Shown piece by piece: positions 9,322 to 19,892 of a stretch of 64,000 nucleotides of DNA. Source of the DNA: a virus (taxonomy: Duplodnaviria > Caudoviricetes); IMG/VR virus record IMGVR_UViG_3300022752_000013; one strand, written 5' to 3'. Numbering within the stretch: position 1 is the stretch's first letter; each line of letters starts with the position of its first letter. The position numbers were made by a program, and so were the translations under genes. Under the pieces are notes generated by a model that saw only the letters and a list, made by a program, of their open reading frames with translations, was not told where the DNA came from and ran no database searches.

Positions 9322-12300
9322 ATGGCACTAATTTCCCCAGGTGTACAAGTCACCATCATCGACGAAAGCAACTATCTTTCAGCCGCTACAAATTCGGTAC
9401 CTTACTTTTTGATTGCCACAGCGCAAGACAAGGTATCTGGATCCGGAGTGGGGGTAGCCGCTGGCACATTGGCAGCAAATGCCAATCGAGCCTATTTAAT
9501 TACCAGTCAGAGAGATTTAACTGCGACATTTGGCAATCCTTTCTTTTATAAGACCACCATTGGTACTCCGATCAATGGTTACGAACTCAACGAATACGGT
9601 TTGCTTGCGGCATACTCTGCACTGGGTGTATCAAACCGTGCTTATGTACAACGTTGTGACATTGATTTGACCCAACTCACTGCCAGTTTGGTTCGTCCTA
9701 CTGGCGAACCCGACAACGGTTCTTATTGGTTAGACACAGCCAACACATTATGGGGTATTTTTGAGTGGAATTATACAACCAACACATTTAGTAACCAAGT
9801 GCCAAGCGTGATCACAGATACTGCTAATCTTACCAGTGGTGTTCCTTCTACCAGTTATGGCAGCATTGGTGACTATGCTGTGGTAGCAACCAACACAGCC
9901 AATCCGATCTATTATAAAAATGGTGCTACCACTACCGCTCAAACTAGTTCAACCACACTGAGCAATTTGTACAACACCTGGGTATTGGTGGGTAGTAACG
10001 ACTGGAAATTGAGTTGGCCTACTATCATTGGTGACAATGCAGTGACTACCAATTTGACTGTTGGCAACACATTGGTAATCAATGGTACTTCAGTTGCTGT
10101 TCCTACTCCTACCAACACTGTGGCTGGCCTCAGTGCCGCAATCAACACAGCCGCCATTAGCGGTGTATACAGTGCAGTGATTGATAACAAGTTGTGTTTG
10201 TTTGCTGATGCTGATGCAACTGCTGATGGATCTACCGCTGATGATGGTATTATTGTAATCAACAGTGTTGGTAGTACACCTGCGTTGATTACAACACTGG
10301 GGTTGACTACCAATGATGTTTATTATGCCCCAACATTACAGCAAAGTCCTAGTTATCAAAACCCACGTTGGAATTCAACTGGATCAACACCACGTCCTAC
10401 TGGATCAGTCTGGAACAAAACAAATAGTACCAATCTCGGAACTACCATGGTTGTCAAACAATATTCTACTGCACTGGCAGCGTTTGTTCAACAGTCGGCC
10501 ACGGTATATGCCAATGACCAGACAGCCAATGCAACTCTTGACACCACTGGTGGCAAACTTATTCCTGCAGGAACAACATATACTCAATACAATGTGGACC
10601 CAGAGGTCAATAACGGGCCTACCAGCAATAATCCTTTCAATAATACATACACACTACAAGTTTTTGAAAGATCAGTAGTGGGCGCTACAGTGATCACTGG
10701 GGACAATGATGCAGCCACGTTCACTAATCTGAATACGTTCTACATAATGACTTCCACTGCCAACAGCACTACATTGACAACACCAGTGTTGGCCACTGTG
10801 AATGGAACAACGCCTGCCGCTTTTGTAACAGCAGTGAGTGCGGCGGGTGTGCCCAATGTCAGTGCATCTGTTGACAGCAATGGATACATTGTGCTGACAC
10901 AAACACAAGGTGGAGTAATTCTACTGCAAAATGCTACTGGTACCCCGGTAACGGCCGCAGGATTCAATACCACAGTCACAGGATGCCGTACAGTGTATCT
11001 TGACACAGACACTGTGGCACCGATCACTGCGGCAAATGACACTTGGTTGAATTTAAGCAACTGGGTGGCAGCCACATACACCGCCAGTGACACTGCACCT
11101 GATCAAGACCCAGCAGATGGACGTTACTGGTATTATTCAGCAACCAACCAAGTTGACATCATGATTCAAAGTGGTACAGGTTGGGTTGGCTATCAAAACG
11201 AAACCAATGATGTACGTGGTGATAACCTGAGCCTGACAAATGCAACTGGACCGCTGATTTCTGCCACAGCACCTACTACACAAAGCGATGGAACTCCATT
11301 GGAATATGGTGACATTTGGATTGACACTTCAAATCTTGAACTGTATCCAGTGATCAATCGTTGGGCAAGTGACAACGGCGTGGATCAGTGGAACACAATG
11401 GACAACACAGATCAAACCACACAAAACGGTGTGTTGTTTGCAGATGCTCGCTGGAGTTCTACAGGCACAGTGGATCCTATCACAGGCGCACTACCAACCA
11501 TTACAAGTTTGCTGACCAGCAACTACTTGGACGTGGACGCACCTGACTACACCCTATATCCAACTGGTATGTTGTTGTTTAACACACGCCGTTCAGGATT
11601 TAATGTGAAGTCATTCCAGGTGAATTATTTTAATGCTGCCGATTTCTCATACTCAACCTGGAGTGGCGCAACTGCTTATGCAGTGGGAGATCAAGTGTTG
11701 TACAACACCACCTTGTATGTGGCTATTCAAGCAGGAACCAATCAAAATCCTGCCTCACAAGTTGCATATTGGCAACCATTAGAAACCAACAGTTGGGTCA
11801 CAGCCAGTGGCAATCGTGCTGACGGTGCTCCTAACATGGGACGTTTTGCTCAACGTGCATTGATTGTGGCAGCACTCAAGTCAGGAATTGATACCAGTGT
11901 TACCATAAGAGAAGAACAAGTGCAATTCAATTTGAGTGCATGTACGTCTTATCCAGAGTTGATCCCCAACATGGTAGCACTCAGCAATGAGCGCAACAAC
12001 ACTGTGTTTGTGGTAGGTGATACACCAATGCGTTTGCCAGCATCGGCTGCGGACATTGTGAGTTGGGCAACCAACAACGCAGGAGCAGGATACCCAACAG
12101 GCGATGGCTTGACCACAAGTTCACCTTATCTAGGTGTGTTCTGGCCCAGTTGCCAAACAGTTGATCTTTCAGGATCAGCAGTGGTCACAGCACCAAGCCA
12201 TATGATGGTTCGCACTATTATTCGCAATGACGAAGTTGCTTATCCATGGCTGGCACCAGCAGGCACACGTCGTGGTGTGATTGATAATGCTGATCAAATT

Positions 12301-12804
12301 GGATATATCAATGGTCAAACTGGTGAGTTTGTTACGCTAGGGGTGAACCAAGGCCTTCGTGATGTACTGTATCAAAACAGCATTAACCCAATCACGTTTG
12401 TACCTGGCGTGGGAATCACAAACTTTGGTAACAAAACTACCTATACCACTGCCAGCGCACTGGATCGTATCAATGTGGCCCGCCTGGTTGTGTTTATTCG
12501 CAATAGACTTGAGTCAATTGGTAAACAGTTCTTGTTTGAGCCAAACGATCAAATCACACGTGATGAAATCAAGAACGCTGTAAACAGTCTGATGATTGAT
12601 CTAGTTGCCAAGCGTGGTATCTATGACTACTTGGTTGTGTGCGATGATACCAACAACACACCAGCCAGAATTGATGCCAACGAACTATGGGTTGACATTG
12701 CAATTGAACCGGTCAAGGCAGTGGAATTCATCTACATACCAATTCGTCTCAAGAACACAGGCGAAATTGCAGCCGGCTCAGTGGCAGTTGCACAAGCAGT
12801 CTAA
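9322..12804 (+). CDS. Contractile tail sheath protein (T4 gp18-like) with large insertions
   Basis: N-terminal LISPGVQVTIIDES. C-terminal YPWLAPAGTRRG, INPI, GNKT, ALDRINVARL, FLFEPND..TR, IDANELWVDIAIEPVKAVEFIYIP. Confidence 0.95.
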   Translation: MALISPGVQVTIIDESNYLSAATNSVPYFLIATAQDKVSGSGVGVAAGTLAANANRAYLITSQRDLTATFGNPFFYKTTIGTPINGYELNEYGLLAAYSALGVSNRAYVQRCDIDLTQLTASLVRPTGEPDNGSYWLDTANTLWGIFEWNYTTNTFSNQVPSVITDTANLTSGVPSTSYGSIGDYAVVATNTANPIYYKNGATTTAQTSSTTLSNLYNTWVLVGSNDWKLSWPTIIGDNAVTTNLTVGNTLVINGTSVAVPTPTNTVAGLSAAINTAAISGVYSAVIDNKLCLFADADATADGSTADDGIIVINSVGSTPALITTLGLTTNDVYYAPTLQQSPSYQNPRWNSTGSTPRPTGSVWNKTNSTNLGTTMVVKQYSTALAAFVQQSATVYANDQTANATLDTTGGKLIPAGTTYTQYNVDPEVNNGPTSNNPFNNTYTLQVFERSVVGATVITGDNDAATFTNLNTFYIMTSTANSTTLTTPVLATVNGTTPAAFVTAVSAAGVPNVSASVDSNGYIVLTQTQGGVILLQNATGTPVTAAGFNTTVTGCRTVYLDTDTVAPITAANDTWLNLSNWVAATYTASDTAPDQDPADGRYWYYSATNQVDIMIQSGTGWVGYQNETNDVRGDNLSLTNATGPLISATAPTTQSDGTPLEYGDIWIDTSNLELYPVINRWASDNGVDQWNTMDNTDQTTQNGVLFADARWSSTGTVDPITGALPTITSLLTSNYLDVDAPDYTLYPTGMLLFNTRRSGFNVKSFQVNYFNAADFSYSTWSGATAYAVGDQVLYNTTLYVAIQAGTNQNPASQVAYWQPLETNSWVTASGNRADGAPNMGRFAQRALIVAALKSGIDTSVTIREEQVQFNLSACTSYPELIPNMVALSNERNNTVFVVGDTPMRLPASAADIVSWATNNAGAGYPTGDGLTTSSPYLGVFWPSCQTVDLSGSAVVTAPSHMMVRTIIRNDEVAYPWLAPAGTRRGVIDNADQIGYINGQTGEFVTLGVNQGLRDVLYQNSINPITFVPGVGITNFGNKTTYTTASALDRINVARLVVFIRNRLESIGKQFLFEPNDQITRDEIKNAVNSLMIDLVAKRGIYDYLVVCDDTNNTPARIDANELWVDIAIEPVKAVEFIYIPIRLKNTGEIAAGSVAVAQAV

Positions 12805-12821
12805 CGACATCGCTAGATACG

Positions 12822-12851
12822 AAAATGGGGTGGCAACACCCCATTTTTTTT
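12822..12851 (+). terminator. Rho-independent terminator
   Basis: AAAATGGGGTG-GCAA-CACCCCATTTT followed by a T-run. Confidence 0.85.
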
Positions 12852-12863
12852 GGCCTCAAACGA

Positions 12864-12871
12864 TATAAATA
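12864..12871 (+). promoter_or_regulatory. T4 late promoter TATAAATA
   Basis: Exact consensus, with AGGAGA RBS and ATG at 12892. Confidence 0.8.
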
Positions 12872-12891
12872 ACACTATAGGAGATACTAAT

Positions 12892-13533
12892 ATGGCCGTT
12901 GCATCATTATCAAGAATGACAGTGCCCCTGGCAAGCGATCAAAGCGCGAGCAATCAGGGCATGCTCATGCCCAAACTTAAATATCGCTTTCGAGTGGTAT
13001 TTGAAAACCTTGGTGTGAGCACACCTAGAACAGAATTAACCAAACAAGTTGTGGACTTCAAACGCCCCACAGTAAACTTTGATCCCATTGTGCTTCCAAT
13101 CTACAATAGTGAATTAAAACTATCTGGCAAGCCACACTGGACAGATGTCACATGTACCTTGCGCGACGACGCATCAGGTGCTGTTACTCGACTGGTTGGT
13201 GAACAAGTTCAGAAACAAATGGACTTTTTAGAAATGGCTTCGGCTGCTTCTGGAATTGACTATAAATTTACCACACGTTTTGAAGTGTTGGATGGTGGCA
13301 ACGGTGCTGCCACACCCAATGTACTCGAAACCTGGGAACTGTATGGTTGCTATTTGTCGGCAGTTGACTACGGCGATGCCAACTACGGCAGCAATGACCC
13401 AATGACTATTGCAATGACCATTGTGTACGATAATGCTAATCAGACTCCTAATGGAACTGGTATCGGTACTGCAATTGCTAGAACAGTGAACGATGTTGTG
13501 ACTGGCGCTGGCACTGCGCAGGCAGCCCAGTAA
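12892..13533 (+). CDS. Tail tube protein (T4 gp19-like)
   Basis: Follows the sheath gene. MPKLKYRFRV, GKPHWTDVTCTLRDD, ETWELYGCY, MTIAMTIVYDNA. Start placed at the RBS-supported ATG 12892. Confidence 0.85.
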   Translation: MAVASLSRMTVPLASDQSASNQGMLMPKLKYRFRVVFENLGVSTPRTELTKQVVDFKRPTVNFDPIVLPIYNSELKLSGKPHWTDVTCTLRDDASGAVTRLVGEQVQKQMDFLEMASAASGIDYKFTTRFEVLDGGNGAATPNVLETWELYGCYLSAVDYGDANYGSNDPMTIAMTIVYDNANQTPNGTGIGTAIARTVNDVVTGAGTAQAAQ

Positions 13534-13545
13534 GGATAGACCAAT

Positions 13546-14697
13546 ATGCAATGGGGTCAGGATTTCCTGACAGGTTTTTTTGGTGCGCAAGGTCTCAAAG
13601 ACTATGCCCATGCCAGTAAAACCTTCAGAACCAATGGATACGAACTTGCTCCTCGGAACAAGTTCTTATTTCACGTTTACTTCAATCTCAACACGGCTGA
13701 AATCCCTACACTGAAAAATATTTTTAGTTCTAGTGAGCAAGCAGAACTAGGACTACTGATCAAGACCATACAACTTCCAACTTATAGCCTTGATACTGAA
13801 ACATTAAATCAGTACAATCGTAAAAGAATAATACAAAAGCGAATCAACTACCTGCCAGTGTCAATGACATTTCACGACGATGGCGGCGATTTGAGTCGTA
13901 ACCTCTGGTACAACTATTACAGTTACTACTATAAAGATCCTAACCAACAGTATGGATCGGCCAGTAATCAAAACGGCAGTATAGGTCAAGTGGCCAATCA
14001 GCCAGGATTTTCCTACAACTCCAGAGACATCTACGCCAACAATCGTCCTGTAAATGATTGGGGATACATAGGCGAAGGATACAGTCAAAGCAATGCCGGT
14101 GGACCAGGCGTAGGATCAGGTGGTGATCAATCGTCAGGTAAACCACCTTTCTTTAGAGACATCACTATCTATGGTATGGACCAACACAAATGGGCCAGTT
14201 ATGTGTTGATCAATCCGTTAATTAAAGAATGGAAGCATGATCAATATAACTACAGCGAAGGTGGTGGCATCATGGAAAACAGCATGACTGTGGAATATGA
14301 AACTGTAAAATATTATGCTGGAGCCATTGGAGGTTCTAGAGCAGATACCAATGTTAAAGGTTTTGCTGATCCTGCACACTATGACAACATTAGATCAAGC
14401 CTGGCCAGACCTGGCAGCACAAGGACTGTGCTGGGTCAAGGCGGATTATTAGATGCTGGCATTGGTATCGTACGAGATCTACAAAGCGGCAATTTAACAG
14501 GTGTAATTGGTGCCATACAAAAGGCCGGCACAACCTATAACACATTCAAAGGTGTCAACATCAGAAGCGTGGTCAACGAAGAAGCCAATGCATCAGTCAA
14601 GGCTGTGATACGCAACAGCATTCCGGGTGCTGTGAGACAGCAACAGGGCGGAACAGGCGGCTTTGTGTTTCCTAGGTCGCCAGGATACGGACAATAA
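13546..14697 (+). CDS. Tail-tube-fold baseplate protein (gp48/gp54-like)
   Basis: IQLPTYSLDTETLNQYNRKR, VSMTFHDD, LINPLIKEWKHDQ, SMTVEYE. Adjacent to the tube gene. Confidence 0.6.
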   Translation: MQWGQDFLTGFFGAQGLKDYAHASKTFRTNGYELAPRNKFLFHVYFNLNTAEIPTLKNIFSSSEQAELGLLIKTIQLPTYSLDTETLNQYNRKRIIQKRINYLPVSMTFHDDGGDLSRNLWYNYYSYYYKDPNQQYGSASNQNGSIGQVANQPGFSYNSRDIYANNRPVNDWGYIGEGYSQSNAGGPGVGSGGDQSSGKPPFFRDITIYGMDQHKWASYVLINPLIKEWKHDQYNYSEGGGIMENSMTVEYETVKYYAGAIGGSRADTNVKGFADPAHYDNIRSSLARPGSTRTVLGQGGLLDAGIGIVRDLQSGNLTGVIGAIQKAGTTYNTFKGVNIRSVVNEEANASVKAVIRNSIPGAVRQQQGGTGGFVFPRSPGYGQ

Positions 14698-14699
14698 TC

Positions 14700-15062
14700 A
14701 TGGGCGGCTCAGTCAACTCACCAAACGAAAATGTTGATTTAACTGTTAGAATCTTTGACGGGTTCTACAGTTACGAACAATTTGTAAGTGCCGAAGAGTA
14801 TGATGTGGTGTACAGTTATCTCAAGAGTGTGTTTACTACAGATGCGGCAGCCGGAAATTTTGCTGTGGCCCTGTTTAGAATTGCCGACGAAACTCGCACT
14901 CCGGTGCTGACAATTTTGCAAACTCTCGAAGGCCAAGACTCACTCACCCTCACACAAACCTTGTGTTACTATCTCAACAGCATGCGAAGCGGTAGTACAC
15001 TATTGGGTTACGGTGCCACAGTCACACCCAACTACTACACCGCAAGGAATGTGCTGGCATGA
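14700..15062 (+). CDS. Hypothetical virion-associated protein
   Basis: Clean ORF in the structural operon, translationally coupled to the next gene. Confidence 0.6.
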   Translation: MGGSVNSPNENVDLTVRIFDGFYSYEQFVSAEEYDVVYSYLKSVFTTDAAAGNFAVALFRIADETRTPVLTILQTLEGQDSLTLTQTLCYYLNSMRSGSTLLGYGATVTPNYYTARNVLA

Positions 15063-15490
15063 GCAGATTTGCCAATGGCACTTACACGCTAACTAATCCT
15101 GCCAAGTATGTGGGCAAAGGCACACCCAGATACAGATCAGGTTGGGAGCATGCTTTTTTTAAATTCTGCGACTCAAACGATGCTGTGCTACAGTGGGCCA
15201 GTGAAAGCATAGCCATACCTTATCGCAATCCCATTACAGGCAAGCAGAGTCAATATATACCCGATATTCTAATGACTTATCGCACTAGAGGAAATCAAGT
15301 GCGAGCAGAGTTGGTAGAAATCAAACCCAAAAAGCAAAGCGTAATCGAAGGCAAAATGTCGCCGCGAGATCGTGCTGTAGTTGCAATCAATCATGCCAAA
15401 TGGCATGCGGCAACATTATGGGCTAGGAAAAACGGTTTGATTTTTAGAGTAATTACAGAAGATCAAATGTTCAAGAACGGTAGCAAATAG
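15059..15490 (+). CDS. Head completion nuclease (T4 gp4-like, TnsA-type fold)
   Basis: YRSGWE..F..FCD.N..VLQWASE...IPY.NP...YIPD...VEIKP.KQ. Confidence 0.85.
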   Translation: MSRFANGTYTLTNPAKYVGKGTPRYRSGWEHAFFKFCDSNDAVLQWASESIAIPYRNPITGKQSQYIPDILMTYRTRGNQVRAELVEIKPKKQSVIEGKMSPRDRAVVAINHAKWHAATLWARKNGLIFRVITEDQMFKNGSK

Positions 15491-15521
15491 CCTACACCCA
15501 TGAGTTTGCGGTAAATATGGC

Positions 15522-16007
15522 ATGACCCGTAAACTAGAAGAACTTTTTGATTTACCCCCAAACGATAGTCCTGAAATTGAGGATGCTCCTTCTATTGAAG
15601 AAACACGCACCTACATTGCTGAGATAGATGATACCATTGACAAGATAGATGCGGCCTTACCGGGTGTGCGTGATCTCAGTGCCAGCGACGTTGAGATGGA
15701 TGATTTGGCAGCCAAAGCAACCAAGAGTTTTGATGACTTGATGGATTTGGGGATGAATATTGATTCAAGATTTGCCGCAGAAATCTTTGGCGTAGCCGGC
15801 ACAATGTTGGGTCATGCACTCACAGCCAAGACAGCCAAACTAAACAAAAAACTAAAAGTGATTGATCTACAGTTGAAAAAAGCCCGACTGGATCAACAAA
15901 ACCCTGACGACGCACCCACACAGCCGGGCCAAGGCCATGTGCTGGACCGCAACGAAATTCTAGAACGCTTGATTGGCGATAGAAGAACAATCGGCAAAAA
16001 AGAATAA
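15522..16007 (+). CDS. Possible terminase small subunit (gp16-like)
   Basis: Helical region (DDLMDLGMNIDSRFAAEIFGVAGTML...LKVIDLQLKK) is reminiscent of T4-like TerS. TAAATA 4 nt upstream. Confidence 0.45.
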   Translation: MTRKLEELFDLPPNDSPEIEDAPSIEETRTYIAEIDDTIDKIDAALPGVRDLSASDVEMDDLAAKATKSFDDLMDLGMNIDSRFAAEIFGVAGTMLGHALTAKTAKLNKKLKVIDLQLKKARLDQQNPDDAPTQPGQGHVLDRNEILERLIGDRRTIGKKE

Positions 16008-16027
16008 ATATCATATAGGACCTTACC

Positions 16028-16636
16028 ATGAAGACATTTCATCAATATCTCGCAGAATCTGAGCGCACATACGACTACAGGATCAAAATACTGGGCGACG
16101 TGCCGCAGGAATTCATCAAAAATCTCGAAGAAAAAATGGCGCAGTTTGACATTGTCAAACTTAGTCGCCCTAAAACTACACCTGTGCAAAAGTTGCAAAA
16201 AGACTTTCCAGGCGCAGAAAATCAAAGCGTGACTTTCATGGACGTGAGTTTTAGATACCCTGCTATCGAGCCACAGATCAAACAGTTGGCACAGTTGTTG
16301 GGTCTCAATCCCAACTCGATAACTTTGCAAACACAGGCCTATGATGACAGTATCACAAAAGAGATTGCAGACATCACAGCACAGAACACGGACCTGATCG
16401 CTGACACAGATTATCCTGCACCCGATGCAGAACAGCGAGCCCTGAGCCAAGACTACTCGGCCAACCCATATCAACATGCAGTATTGCGGAACGAATATCG
16501 TTCAGACTTTACTGTGGCTGGCGGCAAAACACCTCCTGCAAAAACCACAAATGATATTCCCACACAGAACAAGAGCCCGTTCAACAATATCAAGCGTCAA
16601 CCCCGCCCAGCAACTGGTGCCAACCCAAGAGGATAA
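16028..16636 (+). CDS. Putative head internal protein
   Basis: N-terminus MKTFHQYLAE resembles the T4 internal-protein capsid-targeting sequence MKTYQEFIAE. Confidence 0.55.
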   Translation: MKTFHQYLAESERTYDYRIKILGDVPQEFIKNLEEKMAQFDIVKLSRPKTTPVQKLQKDFPGAENQSVTFMDVSFRYPAIEPQIKQLAQLLGLNPNSITLQTQAYDDSITKEIADITAQNTDLIADTDYPAPDAEQRALSQDYSANPYQHAVLRNEYRSDFTVAGGKTPPAKTTNDIPTQNKSPFNNIKRQPRPATGANPRG

Positions 16637-16640
16637 TATA

Positions 16641-18830
16641 ATGAATAATTTTTTCTACGACTTAAACAAACGCATGGCCGACCTAGGCCAACAACAAACT
16701 CTTACAGAAGGTGCAGTTGCTGAAGCCAGTTACTCAGCCAAGGCTGCCAGAGCCGGCAAAGACATTGGCAAGCCAGGCAAGAACTTTTCAAAGATTGCTG
16801 CCGATGCAGGCCAGCGTTATGGTTCCAAGGCCGCCGGTGAGCGTGTGGCAGGTGCTGTGCTAAACAAACTGCGTAATCCCAAAGAAAGCATGGAAGAAGG
16901 TCAACTCAATGAACTAAGTCCTGAACTGCTAAAGAGAGCAAGAGATGCGGCGGGTATGAAATATGCTGATGCTGACGATCGCCGAGATCAAAAAGCATCT
17001 GACAAATACAATAGACTAGATGACAAGTTCAATAGTGCCTTGCGTAAAAAACAAAAAGGCATGGCAGAAGCCGAACTTGATGAAGTCAGTCGTGGTGAGT
17101 ATATTAAACAACAAGATACTGCCGCAGAAAAGTCTGGCAAACAAAAATTCAATGCTTTTGGTCAGACATTTGATACAGATGAAATTGATGAAGGTGGCCT
17201 GCCAATGACCACAGTCAACGGAAAACGAGTTCCAAAATTTGCGGCTGATGGTCAAGGTGCTAATGACCTTGCCAAGAAAAAATCATTCAATGACAAGATT
17301 GCCGGCGCCAAACAAGAAGTTGAAGAAATGTTGGGCGACGTAGCAGCCGAAGCCATGCGTAGTGCATTAGGTGGCAAGAAGCAAGTGGCCGATGAAGGCT
17401 TTGATGACATGGAACGTGATGTCAAGCGTCGACTGAGCACTCCCAAAGTTGGTGATGTCAAGCGTGGCGCACGTCACGACATTGAGACTACAGCCACTGG
17501 CGTCCGTGCCACACGTCGTCACGATGACGAAGAAGATACTCAACCCACAGGCGAAAAGCGCCGGGCCGGACGTCCAAAAGGCGCTGACAAAGGTCCAGAG
17601 CGTGTGACAGGCAAAGCCTACAAACACAAAGGTGGTCGCAAAACCAACGAAAATGATCTTGACATTACAGATCGTGGCGAGTATGATCAAGAAGGTGACA
17701 TGGCCAAAGACAGCATCAAGACTGTGGTGCGTCATGCACAGGCCTTGGAAAAGATCCTGGGCGACAATGACAACCTGCCAGAATGGGTACAATCCAAGTT
17801 GGCCAAGATCGAAAGCATGATAACTGCTGTGGACGACTACATGCAGAATCAAGAGGACGATGATCAGCCACTTGATGAAAAAGCAGTCAGCAAAAATCAA
17901 GCCGTTGCGGCTCGTATTGCTCGTGGCGTTCAGAAAGGTGAAGCAAAAGCCAAGCCAGGTTCTGCCAGTGCTGAAATGGCCAAGATGGAACCCAAAGAAC
18001 TCAAGAAATTTGCAAAGACTGACACCAAGGGATTGCCAAAGAAAAAGAAAGAAGTTGAAGAAACAACTACCTCTGGATCAGTTGCCACAGGTAGTGACGC
18101 TCCCAAAGCCAGCAAAGGTGGCATGCAAGTTGGCAAGGGCATTTACGACAGTTTGAATCGCAAGGTCGAAGGCATGATTGCTGAGTCAATGAGTATAAAC
18201 GTGAGTATGACCAAAGATGACAACGGTTCACACAAGAATATCACTGTCACAGCATCCGACGAGGATGCTGAGGCTCTGGCACAGTTGTTGCGCAGTGCAG
18301 GTTTAGGCGGTGATATGTCCAATGGTCATGCTGAGCCTTGCCCTGCCTGCGGATCAACTGATTGTGGTTGCGATCAAGGCATGGCAGAAGCATATGGTGA
18401 TACTGATGCTTCACAAAATGAACCCAATTGGCCCACCGACACTGAATACAGTGACGACGCCATGCAATACTCCGGAGGCTTGAACGGCCCCAAGAGCACT
18501 GGACAAACCACTGTGCCTGTTATTGCTCACCAAGGCGAACGCACTGGTGTAGATGACGAAGAACTGCGCCGCATGATGGAAATGGCCGGCATACAACAGA
18601 ATCTCAAGCCATGGGAACGTACCATGAAGGAAGCGGCTGTTGAAGAAGGCGTTGTTGACAAAGTCAAAGACGTTGTGAAAAAAGGCCTTGAGAAACTGGG
18701 GCACGGTTCCGACGAAGACATGCGCAAAGACTTGCAAAAGAAAATGGGTGTGCCACCAACAGGCGAAAAACCAGCGGACAAGAAGATGGAAGAAAGCCTG
18801 ATGCAAGAGTTTGCCAACTTCCGGATCTGA
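16641..18830 (+). CDS. Large charged, modular putative prohead-core/internal protein
   Basis: Start at ATG 16641 after GAGGA. Lys/Glu-rich with many (L/V/M/I)xE motifs. Confidence 0.6.
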   Translation: MNNFFYDLNKRMADLGQQQTLTEGAVAEASYSAKAARAGKDIGKPGKNFSKIAADAGQRYGSKAAGERVAGAVLNKLRNPKESMEEGQLNELSPELLKRARDAAGMKYADADDRRDQKASDKYNRLDDKFNSALRKKQKGMAEAELDEVSRGEYIKQQDTAAEKSGKQKFNAFGQTFDTDEIDEGGLPMTTVNGKRVPKFAADGQGANDLAKKKSFNDKIAGAKQEVEEMLGDVAAEAMRSALGGKKQVADEGFDDMERDVKRRLSTPKVGDVKRGARHDIETTATGVRATRRHDDEEDTQPTGEKRRAGRPKGADKGPERVTGKAYKHKGGRKTNENDLDITDRGEYDQEGDMAKDSIKTVVRHAQALEKILGDNDNLPEWVQSKLAKIESMITAVDDYMQNQEDDDQPLDEKAVSKNQAVAARIARGVQKGEAKAKPGSASAEMAKMEPKELKKFAKTDTKGLPKKKKEVEETTTSGSVATGSDAPKASKGGMQVGKGIYDSLNRKVEGMIAESMSINVSMTKDDNGSHKNITVTASDEDAEALAQLLRSAGLGGDMSNGHAEPCPACGSTDCGCDQGMAEAYGDTDASQNEPNWPTDTEYSDDAMQYSGGLNGPKSTGQTTVPVIAHQGERTGVDDEELRRMMEMAGIQQNLKPWERTMKEAAVEEGVVDKVKDVVKKGLEKLGHGSDEDMRKDLQKKMGVPPTGEKPADKKMEESLMQEFANFRI

Positions 18831-18831
18831 T

Positions 18832-19704
18832 ATGAAAACACTACGTGATTATTTGGCAGAAGCAGAAACAGAACAACATCACCCACGAACCGGTGATGTG
18901 TTTGCCTTTGAACTGGAAGATGGCACCTTGCTTGAAACCTATGTAATGGATCAAGACGATCGTGGTGATATCTTGTTGGATTCCACAGATCAAATCTATT
19001 CATTGCTGGAAGAGTGGGGCCTGTTGGGCGCAAGTGATGCTGTGATGGAATCATTGACCCTTAAAGAGTTTGCACCCAGCAATGGTGGCGACAGTGGCAA
19101 CTATCTCAAAGCCTTGGCTTCGGCCTGGTACAATCATGACATTGAAATGTTGCAAGACATTGTGAAACAAGGCGGCAGCCCAATGAGTCGGATCATTGAT
19201 GCACAAGTGGCAGTGGAAAAAATCCTGGGTCGCGGCATTGTGTGCGGTGATGGTAAAGTGCGCAAATATCACATTGATTATAATAGTGACTTTGATGGTG
19301 TGGAAATCTACAGCGATGACTACTACGAACACGGTGATCATGATGCCACATTAGACAGTCGTACAGGTCAACCCTGGGGACCATACGAGCACGTGGAGTT
19401 CAAGGATGATGATCTAGACGAAAGTATCGACGAAGCCAAGTATCAAGGTCGCGAAGTTCCACTGGGCAAGAAAATGAAGGGCGACGTCAAAAAATTCAAG
19501 GTTTATGTGCGTAATCCCAAAACTGGCAACATCAAAAAAGTCAACTTTGGTCACGGAGGCACCAGTGCCAAACGTGCCGGACAAAAGACCATGAGTATCA
19601 AACGATCCAACCCTGCACGGCGCAAGAGTTTTAGAGCAAGACACAACTGTGACAATCCTGGACCAAGAACAGGGGCCAGATACTGGTCGTGCAGAAACTG
19701 GTAA
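18832..19704 (+). CDS. Putative head internal protein with basic C-terminal domain
   Basis: MKTLRDYLAE N-terminus. Acidic middle region, then a very basic C-terminus (RRKSFRARHNCD...ARYWSC). Confidence 0.6.
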   Translation: MKTLRDYLAEAETEQHHPRTGDVFAFELEDGTLLETYVMDQDDRGDILLDSTDQIYSLLEEWGLLGASDAVMESLTLKEFAPSNGGDSGNYLKALASAWYNHDIEMLQDIVKQGGSPMSRIIDAQVAVEKILGRGIVCGDGKVRKYHIDYNSDFDGVEIYSDDYYEHGDHDATLDSRTGQPWGPYEHVEFKDDDLDESIDEAKYQGREVPLGKKMKGDVKKFKVYVRNPKTGNIKKVNFGHGGTSAKRAGQKTMSIKRSNPARRKSFRARHNCDNPGPRTGARYWSCRNW

Positions 19705-19709
19705 AAATT

Positions 19710-19892
19710 ATGACAACTCCACAATATCAAACCTATGCAGAAACAATGTCACGCCTGGCAGAACGTCATCCGCCAGCACCTACACCTGCAGAGGTACGTA
19801 ATCAGCCTGTGATGATACCGGGAGTAATTACACAAACTACAAATCTGTTTCAACCAGTGGCTGTGGCAGATCTCAATAAGGAATCAAAATAA
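19710..19892 (+). CDS. Small hypothetical protein
   Basis: ATG at 19710; the stop overlaps the next start. Confidence 0.5.
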   Translation: MTTPQYQTYAETMSRLAERHPPAPTPAEVRNQPVMIPGVITQTTNLFQPVAVADLNKESK

